Shown piece after piece: positions 37,136 to 46,957 of a DNA stretch of 64,000 nucleotides. The notes beneath the pieces were generated by a model, which was not told the origin of the DNA, ran no database searches, and saw only the letters and a program-made list of their open reading frames with translations. Both the position numbers and the translations under genes were made by a program. Origin of the DNA: Deferrisomatales bacterium (GTDB lineage: Bacteria > Desulfobacterota > Deferrisomatia > Deferrisomatales > JACRMM01); the NCBI GenBank assembly GCA_033551855.1, contig JAWSUI010000011.1, forward strand, positions 1 through 64,000, in the 5' to 3' direction. Every line of letters begins with the position of its first letter. Within the stretch, counting starts at the first letter, position 1.

Positions 37136-38518
37136 TCACCCGTTGCCCGGGGTCTTTTGCTGATAGAGCGCCACGAGGAACCGGTCGCGCACCCAGTTCT
37201 CGTGATCGAGACAGTCCGTGGGGATCTGGGGCAGGGGAATCACCGCCTTGGCCATGGCCTTGTGTCCCCCTGCGCTCCCGTAGGTTTCGAAGGCGGCCTT
37301 GGTGACCTCCCCGGCGCTTCGCGTCGCACCGAAGTTCCGGACCGAGATGATCAGCCGTCCCTCGAAGAGACCGGATACCACCGACCACTCCACCCCCTCC
37401 ATTTCCAGGCAGAAGTCCGCGATGTACGGGATCACGTCCTCCCGGGTGAGGGGGCCCATGTGGGCGAAGAGGATGTCGTCGAGGATGTGGGCATTCTGCA
37501 GGGCGAGGCTCAGGGCCGGCAGATCTCCCCGCGGGAACTGGGGCCGGTCGATCCGTCGCAGCAGCCCCTGGTTTGCCAGGGGATAGAGGCCGGCGAAGGC
37601 CGAGACGTCCATCGGTGTGGTGTCGCGGCCCAGCAGTTGGGTGTCGGTCTTGATACCGTAGAGCAGGGCGGTGGCGAGCCGGGAGGAGATGGGCGTGTCC
37701 GAGGCGAGCAGGTACTCGGTCATAATCGTGGAGGTGGCCCCGTAGCGGGGCCGGATGTCCTTGATGCGGGCCGTGTAATTGATCCGTCGCGGGTGGTGGT
37801 CGATGACCAGATCCACTTGGGTCGGGATCTCGGGCGAGTGGAACGGCTGTACGTCGAGAAGGGCCACCCGGTCGTAGCCGGCGAGATCCGCTGCCTGGAC
37901 CTTCTGGACCTTGATGTCGAGGAGGTTCACCATGGCCACGTTCTCCGGACGCGTCACCTCTCCGAAGGAGCCGATGACCGCCGAGAGGCGGTTTCTCCCC
38001 AGAAGGGTGCGCAATGCCAGCGCGGAGGCGAGGCCGTCGGGGTCGGGGTCGTCCTGGACGAGCAGGAGGATGCGCTCCGCCCCCTTGAAGAGCGTTCGGA
38101 TGGCGGAGAGGGAGCGGCGGGTGGCGGCCTTCTCCATCTCTGAGCGCAGGCAGACGGCACCCAGGCGGCTGCTGGGCAGGAACAGGACCTCGTCCTGCCA
38201 GGGCTCGGGAGGCTCGACCCCCGGGTCCAAGAGGACCGTCACGGGGGTCTCGGCGTTGTCCTTGAGGAGCGAGTGGAGACAGCGCCGCAGGAGTGCCGCC
38301 CGGGGGATGTGGATCAGGATGCGGTCCTGGGGGGAGACCTTGATGCGCCGGTACAGTCCCGGATCGCTGAGGTCCCCCGTGGCGGCGTGAAATCCTCTGC
38401 GGCGCGCCTTGCCGGCCAGGCGCTGGTCGTCGGTGACCACCAGACACTGGTCCTCGCCCCCCCGCGTGTCGAATAGCAGCAGAGGCAGCTCGGTCTGTGT
38501 GATCAAGGCGATCCGCAT
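37136..38518 (-). CDS. DHH/DHHA1 family phosphoesterase with an N-terminal TrkA-N-like region
   Basis: DPDPDGLAS, IDHHP, GATSTI, LLYGIKTDT, ISVR and SAGGH..MA. Confidence 0.88.
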   Translation of the reverse strand: MRIALITQTELPLLLFDTRGGEDQCLVVTDDQRLAGKARRRGFHAATGDLSDPGLYRRIKVSPQDRILIHIPRAALLRRCLHSLLKDNAETPVTVLLDPGVEPPEPWQDEVLFLPSSRLGAVCLRSEMEKAATRRSLSAIRTLFKGAERILLLVQDDPDPDGLASALALRTLLGRNRLSAVIGSFGEVTRPENVAMVNLLDIKVQKVQAADLAGYDRVALLDVQPFHSPEIPTQVDLVIDHHPRRINYTARIKDIRPRYGATSTIMTEYLLASDTPISSRLATALLYGIKTDTQLLGRDTTPMDVSAFAGLYPLANQGLLRRIDRPQFPRGDLPALSLALQNAHILDDILFAHMGPLTREDVIPYIADFCLEMEGVEWSVVSGLFEGRLIISVRNFGATRSAGEVTKAAFETYGSAGGHKAMAKAVIPLPQIPTDCLDHENWVRDRFLVALYQQKTPGNG

Positions 38519-38560
38519 CGGTTCCGGCCTCGGCAGCCCTCTGACGTCCAGGAACCGCTC

Positions 38561-38590
38561 AGTCTAGCGGCGGGCCGAGAAGAGTGTCAA
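38561..38590 (-). promoter_or_regulatory. Sigma70 promoter for the DHH gene
   Basis: Minus strand TTGACA-N18-TAGACT, about 40 nt upstream of the ATG. Confidence 0.6.
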
Positions 38591-38663
38591 ATCCGGCGAC
38601 GGCGGCGTGCGGCGCGGTCCGGGATGGGGGAGGCGGGGCGCCCTGAAGGCGCGGCAGCGGGTC

Positions 38664-38693
38664 TTGACAGCGGCCGAGGCCGATCCCTATTCT
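38664..38693 (+). promoter_or_regulatory. Sigma70 promoter for the gmhA-heme operon
   Basis: TTGACA-N18-TATTCT upstream of GGAGG and the TTG start. Confidence 0.55.
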
Positions 38694-38739
38694 TCGTGTT
38701 TGGCCTTGATCCAGAGGGGACGGTTCCTCGGAGGTCGTC

Positions 38740-39321
38740 TTGGAAGAACGGGTTCGCGGCGGGTTTCGGGAGGGGATCCGGGTTCTGGAGGCCTTTGCGG
38801 AGGAGGCCGCGCCCCAGCTCGTGACCGTCGCCCGGCTGACCGCAGACCGGTTGCGGCGGGGCGGCAAGGTGCTTGCCTTCGGCAACGGTGGTTCGGCGGC
38901 CGACGCCCAGCACCTGGCTGCCGAGCTGGTGAACCGTTTCCGGATCGACCGCCCGCCCCTTGCGGCTGTTGCGCTCACCACCGATACCTCCGCCCTCACG
39001 GCCATCGGCAACGACTTCGGGTTCGAGCAGGTGTTCGAGAAGCAGGTTCGGGCCCTCGCCCGTCCCGGGGATGTGGCGCTGGGGATCAGTACCAGCGGTA
39101 GGAGTCCCAACGTGCTGCGGGCCCTTGCGGCCGCGCGGGAGGCCGGCTGCACCTGCGTCGGCCTCACGGGTGCCGCGGGTGGGGCCATGGCCGGCCTCTG
39201 CGACTTCCTGGTGCGGGCCCCCAGCCGAGACACCCCCCGTGTTCAGGAGTGCCACGTGGCGTGGATTCACGCTTTCTGCGACCTTCTGGACGCCGTGCTC
39301 TACCCCGACGGCGGCCGCTGA
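38740..39321 (+). CDS. gmhA: D-sedoheptulose 7-phosphate isomerase
   Basis: GNGGSAADAQHLAAEL, TAIGNDFGF..VFEKQ, ISTSG.S.N and TPRVQECH. Confidence 0.95.
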   Translation: MEERVRGGFREGIRVLEAFAEEAAPQLVTVARLTADRLRRGGKVLAFGNGGSAADAQHLAAELVNRFRIDRPPLAAVALTTDTSALTAIGNDFGFEQVFEKQVRALARPGDVALGISTSGRSPNVLRALAAAREAGCTCVGLTGAAGGAMAGLCDFLVRAPSRDTPRVQECHVAWIHAFCDLLDAVLYPDGGR

Positions 39322-40286
39322 TGGCCCGGCGTCTCGATCCCCAACTCGCCCTGGACCCTGCAGGGGCGCACACCTATCCCCTGGCGGACCGCCCGAGCAA
39401 GGTGCGGGTAGAGGATTTTCGGCCGCCTTTCCGCCCCGGCGGGACCTTTGCGGAGTTTCTGCAGAGCCTTCCGCCGTTCCTACAGGCCGAGGACCTTCGC
39501 GCCGTGGCCTGCGCCGTCGCCCGGGCCCATCGGCAAGGGAGGGTGGTCGCGCTGGGGCTTGGGGCCCACAACCTGAAGGTGGGACTGCAGCCCTTGTACT
39601 CCGACCTCATGGAGCGGGGGCTGGTTTCCAGTGTGGCGCTCAACGGCGCCGGGATCGTGCACGATTTCGAGCTCGCCTTCGGGGGGCACTCCTCCGAGGA
39701 CGTGGCCGCCCAGTTGGGGGACGGACGGTTCGGCATGGCCCGCGAGACGGGACAGTGGTTGAACCGGGTGGTGCGGGAGGGCCACCGGCGCGGCCAGGGT
39801 CTGGGGCGCGCGGTGGGGGAGGCGATCTGGGAGGAAGGACTCCCGTTCCGGGAACGAAGCCTGCTGGCGGCGGCGTATCGCCAGGGCGTGGTGGCGACCG
39901 TACACGTGGCACTCGGCACCGATATCGTGCATATGCACCCGGAGGCGGACGGCGAGTCCATCGGTGGGGCCAGCCTGCGGGACTTCCACCGATTCTGCGC
40001 CGTGGTGCGCGAGTTGGAGGGGGGCGTGTACCTGAACGTGGGTAGTGCGGTGATCCTGCCAGAGGTGTTCCTCAAGGCCATTACCCTGGTACGCAATCTG
40101 GGGTACGAGGTGCGCCATTTCACCACGGCCAACCTAGACTTCCTGCGGCAGTACCGTCCGAGTGCCAACGTCGTGGGCCGGCCTACCGGGGGAGGGGGTA
40201 GGGGCTACCACCTCACGGGCCCCCACGAGATCCTGGTACCGCTCGTCTTCGCGTGCGTCCTGGAGGAGCTGGCGCAGGATGCGTGA
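39321..40286 (+). CDS. Conserved protein with a deoxyhypusine synthase-like fold (GSU2086-like)
   Basis: RPSKV, GAH.LKVGL, NGAG.VHDFE, SEDV...L.DG.FGMA.ETG, TVHVALGTDI.H.HP and NVGSAVILPEVFLKA. Coupled to gmhA (TGATG). Confidence 0.75.
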   Translation: MARRLDPQLALDPAGAHTYPLADRPSKVRVEDFRPPFRPGGTFAEFLQSLPPFLQAEDLRAVACAVARAHRQGRVVALGLGAHNLKVGLQPLYSDLMERGLVSSVALNGAGIVHDFELAFGGHSSEDVAAQLGDGRFGMARETGQWLNRVVREGHRRGQGLGRAVGEAIWEEGLPFRERSLLAAAYRQGVVATVHVALGTDIVHMHPEADGESIGGASLRDFHRFCAVVRELEGGVYLNVGSAVILPEVFLKAITLVRNLGYEVRHFTTANLDFLRQYRPSANVVGRPTGGGGRGYHLTGPHEILVPLVFACVLEELAQDA

Positions 40287-40941
40287 GGCCTACCCCGTCT
40301 TTCTGCAGCTTCGGGGGCTCCGCTGCGTGGTGGTCGGGGGGGGGCGGGTGGCGACCCGCAAGGTCGGGGGGCTTCTCGCCGTCGGCGCCCGTGTGACCGT
40401 GGTCGCGCCGGAGGCGTCGCCCGAGGTCCAGGGCTGGGCGCGGGAGGGGCGGGTGGCGTGGGAGCGCCGTCCCTTCCGGCCGGAACACCTGGAGGGCGCG
40501 GCACTGGTCTTCGCGGCAACGTCGGACCGGGAGGTGAACGGGCGCGTGGCGGCCGAGTCCGCAGCTCGCGGCGTCTGGGTCAACGTCGCCGACGACGCGG
40601 AGGCGAGCGGCTTCCACGTGCCGGCCGTGCTGCGCCGGGGACGCCTCGCGGTGGCCGTGGGGACGGGAGGCGCGTCACCTGCCCTGGCGGCCTGGGTGAG
40701 GGACCGCATCGGGGAGCTCCTGCCCGCCGGCCTGGAGCCCCTGGTGGAGTTGGCCGCCGCGGTGCGACGCGAGGGGGCGGACCCGGAGGGGCGCCGGGTG
40801 CGGGAGCTCATCGACGCGGGGGTCCTGGAGGACCTGGCGAGGGGGGACCGGGCAGAGGCCCAGAGGAAGGCGGCCCGGGCGTGCGGCGGGGAAGAACACG
40901 GCGGGGAGCCGGCCCAAGCCCCCTCTGCGGAGGCGAGATGA
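40279..40941 (+). CDS. Precorrin-2 dehydrogenase/sirohydrochlorin ferrochelatase (SirC/Met8-like)
   Basis: YPVFL.L, VVGGGRVATRK, VFAATSD..VN, VNVAD and AVGTGGASPALA. Confidence 0.92.
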   Translation: MREAYPVFLQLRGLRCVVVGGGRVATRKVGGLLAVGARVTVVAPEASPEVQGWAREGRVAWERRPFRPEHLEGAALVFAATSDREVNGRVAAESAARGVWVNVADDAEASGFHVPAVLRRGRLAVAVGTGGASPALAAWVRDRIGELLPAGLEPLVELAAAVRREGADPEGRRVRELIDAGVLEDLARGDRAEAQRKAARACGGEEHGGEPAQAPSAEAR

Positions 40942-41783
40942 ACGTCTGGATTCTCAAGCTCGCGGTCGTGGTGTACCTGGTCGCGACGGGGCTGCACCTG
41001 GGGTACCTGGTGAGCCTCAAGCAGCTCGTGCGCCGATGGGCGGCCTGGACCACCTGGGGGGCCTTCGGGGTGCACACCCTGGGGGTCGTGGTCCGCTACT
41101 TCGAGGCGGGGTACACGCCCGTTACGAGCCTCCACGAGGCCATGAGTTTCTTCGCGTGGTGCGTCGTGGGGCTGTACCTGGTGCTCCAGTTGCGGTTCGA
41201 CCTGCCCAGCCTGGGCGCCTTCGTCAGCCCGATCGCGCTCACCTTCGTGCTGGCGGCGGTGAGCCTGCCGTCCCAGGTCGAGCCGCTCCCGCCGGCGCTC
41301 GATTCCTACTGGCTGCCCATCCACGTGGTGCTGATCTTCGTGGGGGACGGAGCGTTCGCCCTGGCAGCGGCTGCCGGGGTGATGTATCTGATCCAGGAGC
41401 GCCAGCTCAAGAACAAGAAGCGGATGGGAGCGCTCTTCCACCGGCTCCCCAACCTCGACGTCCTCGATCAGCTCAACTACCTGTGCCTCACGATCGGATT
41501 CCCGCTGCTGACCGTGGGGATCATCACCGGAGCGATCTGGGCCCAGCAGGCCTGGGGGACCTACTGGAGTTGGGATCCCAAGGAGACCTGGTCCCTCATC
41601 ACCTGGTTTCTGTACGCGGCGCTCCTCCACGGCCGGCTCACGGTGGGGTGGCGGGGGCGGCGGGCGGCCATCTGGGCCCTGATTGGGTTTGCCTCGGTGC
41701 TCTTCACGTTCCTGGGCGTCAACTTCGTGCTCCCGAGAATCTTCCCGAGTCTCGAGAGCCTCCACATCTACTACACGGGCTGA
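40938..41783 (+). CDS. ccsA: Cytochrome c biogenesis protein, system II (CcsA/ResC type)
   Basis: Multiple TM helices, P.L.SYWL.IHV, WWD motif GAIWAQQAWGTYWSWDPKETW and C-terminal LH.Y. Confidence 0.93.
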   Translation: MNVWILKLAVVVYLVATGLHLGYLVSLKQLVRRWAAWTTWGAFGVHTLGVVVRYFEAGYTPVTSLHEAMSFFAWCVVGLYLVLQLRFDLPSLGAFVSPIALTFVLAAVSLPSQVEPLPPALDSYWLPIHVVLIFVGDGAFALAAAAGVMYLIQERQLKNKKRMGALFHRLPNLDVLDQLNYLCLTIGFPLLTVGIITGAIWAQQAWGTYWSWDPKETWSLITWFLYAALLHGRLTVGWRGRRAAIWALIGFASVLFTFLGVNFVLPRIFPSLESLHIYYTG

Positions 41784-41800
41784 GGGGAACGGGCTCTCCC

Positions 41801-43090
41801 ATGGAGATCGTGGTCGTCGGCCTGAGCCACAAGAGCGCCCCGGTGGAGTTCCGGGAGAAGGTCGCCTTCGCGGGGGACTGTCTGCACGAGGCGCTCCGTG
41901 GCGTGCGCGATGTCCCGGCGGTCCGGGAGGCGGTGATCCTGTCCACCTGCAACCGGGTGGAGATCTACGCCGCCGCCCGCCACCGGGACGAGGGGGTCGA
42001 GGGGCTGTGCCGCTTCATGGCCGACTACCATCGGGTTCCCGACCCGGACCTGCGTCCGCACCTCTACGTGTACGCCGGAGCGGACGCCGTGCGGCACGTG
42101 TTCCGCGTGGCGTCGAGCCTGGACTCCATGGTGGTGGGGGAGCCCCAGATCCTGGGCCAGGTGAAGGACGCCTACGAGGCGGCCGCCGAGGGCGCCGCCA
42201 CCGGCCTCGTGCTCAACCGCTTCCTGCACAAGGCCTTCAGCGCCGCCAAGAGGGTGCGGACCGAGACGCGGATCGCCCAGTCGGCGGTCTCGATCTCCTT
42301 CGCTGCGGTCGAGTTGGCGCGCAAGATCTTCGGTAGCCTCGAGGGCAAGCACGTGCTGGTGGTCGGGGCCGGCGAGATGTGCGAGCTCGCGGCCACCCAC
42401 CTGATGGAAAACGGGGTCACGGGGGTGCAGGTGACCAACCGAACCCTGGCCCGGGCCGAGGCCCTGGCGGAGAAGCTCCGGGGGCGGGCCGTTCCCTTCG
42501 AGCAGTTCCGCGCACACCTCCACGAGGTGGACATCGTCATCTCCTCCACCGGAGCCCCTCACCTCGTGGTGGATGTGGAAGACGTGCGCTCGGCGATGAA
42601 GGAGCGCCGGCAGAAGCCCATGTTCCTCATCGACATCGCGGTCCCTCGGGACATCGACCCGCGGATCAACGACCTGCCCAACGTGTACCTGTACGACGTG
42701 GACGACCTCCAGGGCGTGGTCGACGCGAACAAGAAGGAGCGGGCCAAGGAGGCCGAGAAGGCCGAGCAGGTGGTGGCGGAGGAGGTGGCCGCCTTCCTCT
42801 CGTGGCTGAAGACACTGGAGGTCGCGCCGACCATCCGGGATCTCCGCGAGCGTTTCGACGCCATCCGCCGGTCGGAGCTGGAGAAGACCCTCAAGGCCTT
42901 CGGGGAGGGTCTCACCGAGAAGCAGCGCAGGAGCCTGGAGGCCATGGGCCAGGCCATCGTGAACAAGATTCTCCACGAGCCGAGCATGTACCTGAAGCGG
43001 CAGGCCGACGATGCGGCGTTGGAGGGGTCGGTCGAGACCGTCCGACAGCTCTTCGGCCTGGGGGATCCCCACCGTGAGGATGTGACGTGA
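41801..43090 (+). CDS. hemA: Glutamyl-tRNA reductase
   Basis: [45 protein letters not shown] and DIAVPRDI. Confidence 0.97.
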   Translation: MEIVVVGLSHKSAPVEFREKVAFAGDCLHEALRGVRDVPAVREAVILSTCNRVEIYAAARHRDEGVEGLCRFMADYHRVPDPDLRPHLYVYAGADAVRHVFRVASSLDSMVVGEPQILGQVKDAYEAAAEGAATGLVLNRFLHKAFSAAKRVRTETRIAQSAVSISFAAVELARKIFGSLEGKHVLVVGAGEMCELAATHLMENGVTGVQVTNRTLARAEALAEKLRGRAVPFEQFRAHLHEVDIVISSTGAPHLVVDVEDVRSAMKERRQKPMFLIDIAVPRDIDPRINDLPNVYLYDVDDLQGVVDANKKERAKEAEKAEQVVAEEVAAFLSWLKTLEVAPTIRDLRERFDAIRRSELEKTLKAFGEGLTEKQRRSLEAMGQAIVNKILHEPSMYLKRQADDAALEGSVETVRQLFGLGDPHREDVT

Positions 43091-44034
43091 AGACGCTCAA
43101 GATCGCGACCCGCAAGAGCCAGCTCGCCCTGTGGCAGGCCAATTGGGTGAAGGGGGAGCTCGAGCGGCGCAACCCGGACCTCCGGGTCGAGCTCGTGCTG
43201 ATCATGACCAAGGGCGACAAGATCCTGGACGTGCCCCTGGCCCAAGTGGGGGGAAAGGGGCTCTTCGTGAAGGAGATCGAAGACGCCCTCCTGGATGGGC
43301 GTGCGGACCTGGCGGTGCACTCCATGAAGGACGTTCCCACCGAGCTTCCCCCGGGCCTGCACCTGCCCGTGGTCTGCGAGCGGGAAGACCCCCGTGACGC
43401 CTGGTTCGCGAGGGGAGGCAAGCCCTTCCGGGATATCCCGGAAGGAGCCCGGGTCGGAACCTCGAGCCTGCGCCGGCAAACCCAGTTGCGGGCCCTTCGC
43501 CCCGACCTGGTGTTCGAGAATCTGCGGGGCAACGTGGACACCCGGCTCCGGAAGTTGGAGGAGGGTCAGTATGACGCCATCGTCCTGGCGGCCGCGGGGG
43601 TGAAGCGGCTCGGTTTCTCGGGCCGGGTGACCGAGTACCTGGCCGCCGAGGTGGTACTCCCCGCCATCGGGCAGGGCGCCGTGGGGATCGAGTGCCGGCG
43701 GGCGGACCCTGCCACCAACGCCCTGGTCGAGCCCCTGCGCCATGGCGCCACCTGGACTGCGGTGCTGGCGGAGCGTGCCTTTCTCCGCACTTTGCAGGGC
43801 GGGTGCCAGGTGCCCATCGCCGCTTTCGCCGAGCTGCACGGCGGGCAGGTTCACCTGAGGGGGCTGGTGGGTAGCCTGGACGGACGGACGGTGATCCGGG
43901 GATCCCGCCAGGGGACCCCGGTGGATGCCGAGCCGCTGGGTGTCGGTCTGGCAGAGGAGCTCCTGGACCGGGGGGCGCGGGAGATCCTGGAGGAGGTCTA
44001 CCAGTGCGAGGCGGCGAGCCCCCAGGAGACCTGA
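43087..44034 (+). CDS. hemC: Hydroxymethylbilane synthase
   Basis: [45 protein letters not shown] and GGCQVPI. Confidence 0.97.
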   Translation: MKTLKIATRKSQLALWQANWVKGELERRNPDLRVELVLIMTKGDKILDVPLAQVGGKGLFVKEIEDALLDGRADLAVHSMKDVPTELPPGLHLPVVCEREDPRDAWFARGGKPFRDIPEGARVGTSSLRRQTQLRALRPDLVFENLRGNVDTRLRKLEEGQYDAIVLAAAGVKRLGFSGRVTEYLAAEVVLPAIGQGAVGIECRRADPATNALVEPLRHGATWTAVLAERAFLRTLQGGCQVPIAAFAELHGGQVHLRGLVGSLDGRTVIRGSRQGTPVDAEPLGVGLAEELLDRGAREILEEVYQCEAASPQET

Positions 44035-45620
44035 TGCTGTCCAGGAGGGGGTTCGTTTACTTGGTGGGGGCGGGCCCGGGGGACCCCGGGCTGGTCACCC
44101 TCAGGGCCCGTGAGGTCTTGGCCCGGGCGGACGCGGTCATCGCGGACCACCTCGTGCACCCGGAGGTCCTGGGTTGGGCCCCCCGGGGGGCCGAGGTCGT
44201 CGTGATGGGCAAGGTGGGGAACCTCCATCGGCACCCCCAGCACGAGATCACCCGCGCGATCGTCGAGCGGGCCCTGCGGGGTCTGGTGGTGGTGCGCCTG
44301 AAGGGGGGCGATCCCGGGATCTTCGGGCGTCTGGGAGAGGAGGCCGAGGCGGTGGTGGACGCCGGCATCGACCTCGAGATCGTCCCGGGTGTCACCGCCG
44401 CCTCCGGGGCGTCGGCTTACGCAGGGATCCCCCTGACCCATCGGGACTGTGCCCCGTCGGTGAGCCTCGTCACGGGCCACCGAAGGAACGACGGGGGCAG
44501 CGGGCCGGAGATCGACTGGGAGGCGCTGGGGAAGGCCTCGGGTACCCTGGTCGTCTACATGGGCACCCGGCAGCTCGACGGGTTGACCCATCGCCTCCGG
44601 CGGGCGGGCAGGCCAGCGGACACTCCCGTGGCGGTTGTCCGGCGCGCCACCTGGCCGGACCAGCAGGTGGTGACCGGAACCCTGTCGGATATCGCGGAGC
44701 GGGTGCGGCAGCAGGGGGTCGAGGCCCCGGCGGTGGCGATCATCGGAGAGGTGGTTCGCCTGCGGGAAAAGCTCTCGTGGCTCGAGCGCCGTGCCCTTCG
44801 GGGGAAGCGGGTCCTCGTGACCCGGGCGGCCCACCAGGCGGCAGAGCTGTCCTGCCTGCTGCGCGCGGCACGCGCCGTGCCGGTGGAGCTGCCGCTGATC
44901 GAGCTGCGGCCCTGCGGCCATCGAAGCGGGGTCGAAGCGGCCCTTCGGGCACTCTTCGCCTACGACTGGGTCGTGTTCACCTCGGGGAATGCGGTGGACT
45001 TCACCTTCCGCAGGCTCGAAGAGCTAGGCTTGGACGCCCGCACCTTTGGCGCAGCCCGGGTCTGCGCCGTCGGACCGGCTACGGCCGACGCGCTCCGGCG
45101 GCAGGGCATTCGTGCCGACGTGGTCCCTCCCGAGTACGTGGGAGAGTCCCTGGTGGAAGCCCTGTCCTCCGCCGGAGACCTGAAGGGCGCCTCCGTGCTC
45201 ATCCCCCGGGCCAAGGAGGCCAGGGAGGTCGTCGCCCAGGGTCTCGAGGAACGGGGTGCCCGGGTGGAGGTCCTCCCGATGTACGAGAACGTCCGGCCCG
45301 CGAGCTTTCCGGAAGAGGGCTTGTCGGCGTTGCGGACGGGCGCCCTGGACGCGGTGACGCTGGCGTCGGGATCGGCGGCGCGCAGCTTTGCGGCCTTGTG
45401 TCGAGAGCTCGGCCTCGACCCCGCCGGTCTCCCGTGTGTGGTGATCGGCCCGGCGACCCGGAAGGCGGCCCTCGCGGAGGGTCTCGCGGTGACGGCGATG
45501 CCCTCCGAATACACCCTCCAGGGCTTGGTCGGGGCCCTGGAGGCGTTCTTCACACCCTCCGACGGGACGCTCCCGGGGGAGGCCGCCCCCCTGCCGCCCC
45601 GCGACACTGCTCACCCGTAG
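44034..45620 (+). CDS. cobA-hemD: Uroporphyrinogen-III C-methyltransferase/uroporphyrinogen-III synthase fusion
   Basis: VYLVGAGPGDPGL, RLKGGDPGIFGR and VPGVTA in the N-half; VLVTRA, WVVFTSGNAV, AVGPATA and IGPAT in the C-half. Confidence 0.94.
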   Translation: MLSRRGFVYLVGAGPGDPGLVTLRAREVLARADAVIADHLVHPEVLGWAPRGAEVVVMGKVGNLHRHPQHEITRAIVERALRGLVVVRLKGGDPGIFGRLGEEAEAVVDAGIDLEIVPGVTAASGASAYAGIPLTHRDCAPSVSLVTGHRRNDGGSGPEIDWEALGKASGTLVVYMGTRQLDGLTHRLRRAGRPADTPVAVVRRATWPDQQVVTGTLSDIAERVRQQGVEAPAVAIIGEVVRLREKLSWLERRALRGKRVLVTRAAHQAAELSCLLRAARAVPVELPLIELRPCGHRSGVEAALRALFAYDWVVFTSGNAVDFTFRRLEELGLDARTFGAARVCAVGPATADALRRQGIRADVVPPEYVGESLVEALSSAGDLKGASVLIPRAKEAREVVAQGLEERGARVEVLPMYENVRPASFPEEGLSALRTGALDAVTLASGSAARSFAALCRELGLDPAGLPCVVIGPATRKAALAEGLAVTAMPSEYTLQGLVGALEAFFTPSDGTLPGEAAPLPPRDTAHP

Positions 45621-45635
45621 CCCGCCGGAGACCAG

Positions 45636-46706
45636 ATGAGCCAGCCCTTTCTCCCCAAGTGGATCGCCTGGGAAACCACCCAGCGCTGCAACCTGCGGTG
45701 CGTGCACTGCCGCTGCTCCTCGGACATGGAAGCGGCGGAGGGGGATTTCACCACGTCAGAGGGGAAGAAGCTCATCGACGACATCGCCGAGGTCTCGAGC
45801 CCGGTGCTGGTGCTCTCGGGGGGAGAGCCCCTGATCCGCAAGGACATCTTCGAGATCGCCGAGTACGGGACGGCCCGGGGTTTCCGCATGTGCATGGCCA
45901 CGAACGGCAGCCTGGTGACCGACGAGGTGTGCGAGCGGATGCGGTCTGCCGACATCAAGATGGTGTCCCTGTCCCTGGACGGCCCCACGGCCGAGGTCCA
46001 TGACGACTTCCGTCAGTGCCCTGGTGCATTCGCCGGGGTGGAGCGTGCGGCCGCGCTCTTCCACCGGCACGGGATCAAGTTCCTGGTCAACTCTTCGTTC
46101 ACCCGGAGGAACCAGGCCCACATCGCCGAGACGTTCCGGAAGGCGAAGGCCTTGGGCGCCACAGCCTGGTACCTGTTCATGATCGTTCCCACGGGCAGGG
46201 GTGAGGAGATCATGGCGGAGCTGATCTCCAAGGAAGACTACGAGGAGATCCTCTCCTGGCACTATCAGCAGGAGAGGAACGAGGACCAGATCCTCATGCG
46301 GCCCACCTGTGCGCCCCACTACTACCGAATCGTTCCCCAGATGGCGAAGGCGGAAGGGGTGAAGTTCGAGCGGCGCAGCCTCACCTTCTCGACCGGGGGC
46401 GGCAAGGGGTGCATCGCCGCCCAGTCCATCTGCCTGATCGACTGTTTCGGGGAGGTGAAGCCCTGTTCCTACTTCCCCATGAGCGCGGGCAATGTGAAGA
46501 GGACACCCTTCCGGAAGATCTGGTTCGAGAGCCCGCTCTTCTCCCAGCTCCGCGACTTCAAGAGCTACAAGGGCAAATGCGGGCAGTGCGAGTTCCTCAA
46601 CGTGTGCGGGGGGTGCCGGGCCCGGGCCTACGCGGTGTCGGGGGACTACCTGGAGGAGGAACCCTTCTGTAACTATGTACCGGTGCGCCTCTCGCGGAAC
46701 GGGTGA
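45636..46706 (+). CDS. Radical SAM/SPASM heme-biosynthesis enzyme (AhbD/NirJ-like)
   Basis: [46 protein letters not shown] and [17 protein letters not shown]....L.EEP.C. Confidence 0.85.
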   Translation: MSQPFLPKWIAWETTQRCNLRCVHCRCSSDMEAAEGDFTTSEGKKLIDDIAEVSSPVLVLSGGEPLIRKDIFEIAEYGTARGFRMCMATNGSLVTDEVCERMRSADIKMVSLSLDGPTAEVHDDFRQCPGAFAGVERAAALFHRHGIKFLVNSSFTRRNQAHIAETFRKAKALGATAWYLFMIVPTGRGEEIMAELISKEDYEEILSWHYQQERNEDQILMRPTCAPHYYRIVPQMAKAEGVKFERRSLTFSTGGGKGCIAAQSICLIDCFGEVKPCSYFPMSAGNVKRTPFRKIWFESPLFSQLRDFKSYKGKCGQCEFLNVCGGCRARAYAVSGDYLEEEPFCNYVPVRLSRNG

Positions 46707-46818
46707 CGTGGGACGGGTCCTTCGGGCGCAGGAGCGGCCGTGGCCACTCCTTACAGAGTTTCCCATGACCTTCGGGTCACCCTGAGGGATGAAGCGCCGA
46801 CCGGTCGCGGGCCGGTCG

Positions 46819-46855
46819 CCCTCACCCCAGGCCCCTCTCCCGGGGGGACAGGGGA
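46819..46855 (+). repeat. REP-like palindromic element (CCCTCACCCC..CCCCTCTCCC..GGG..AGGGG)
   Basis: Purine/pyrimidine-asymmetric imperfect hairpin in the spacer before hemE. Only one clear copy in the window. Confidence 0.4.
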
Positions 46856-46957
46856 TTCAAGGAAGGTGAGTTGCTTTAATAGAAGTGCTGCAAGACGAGG
46901 CGCGGGGGATCCCGGCGAATGGGGCCCCCCACGGCCAACAGCCAAGCGGAGATCCCT

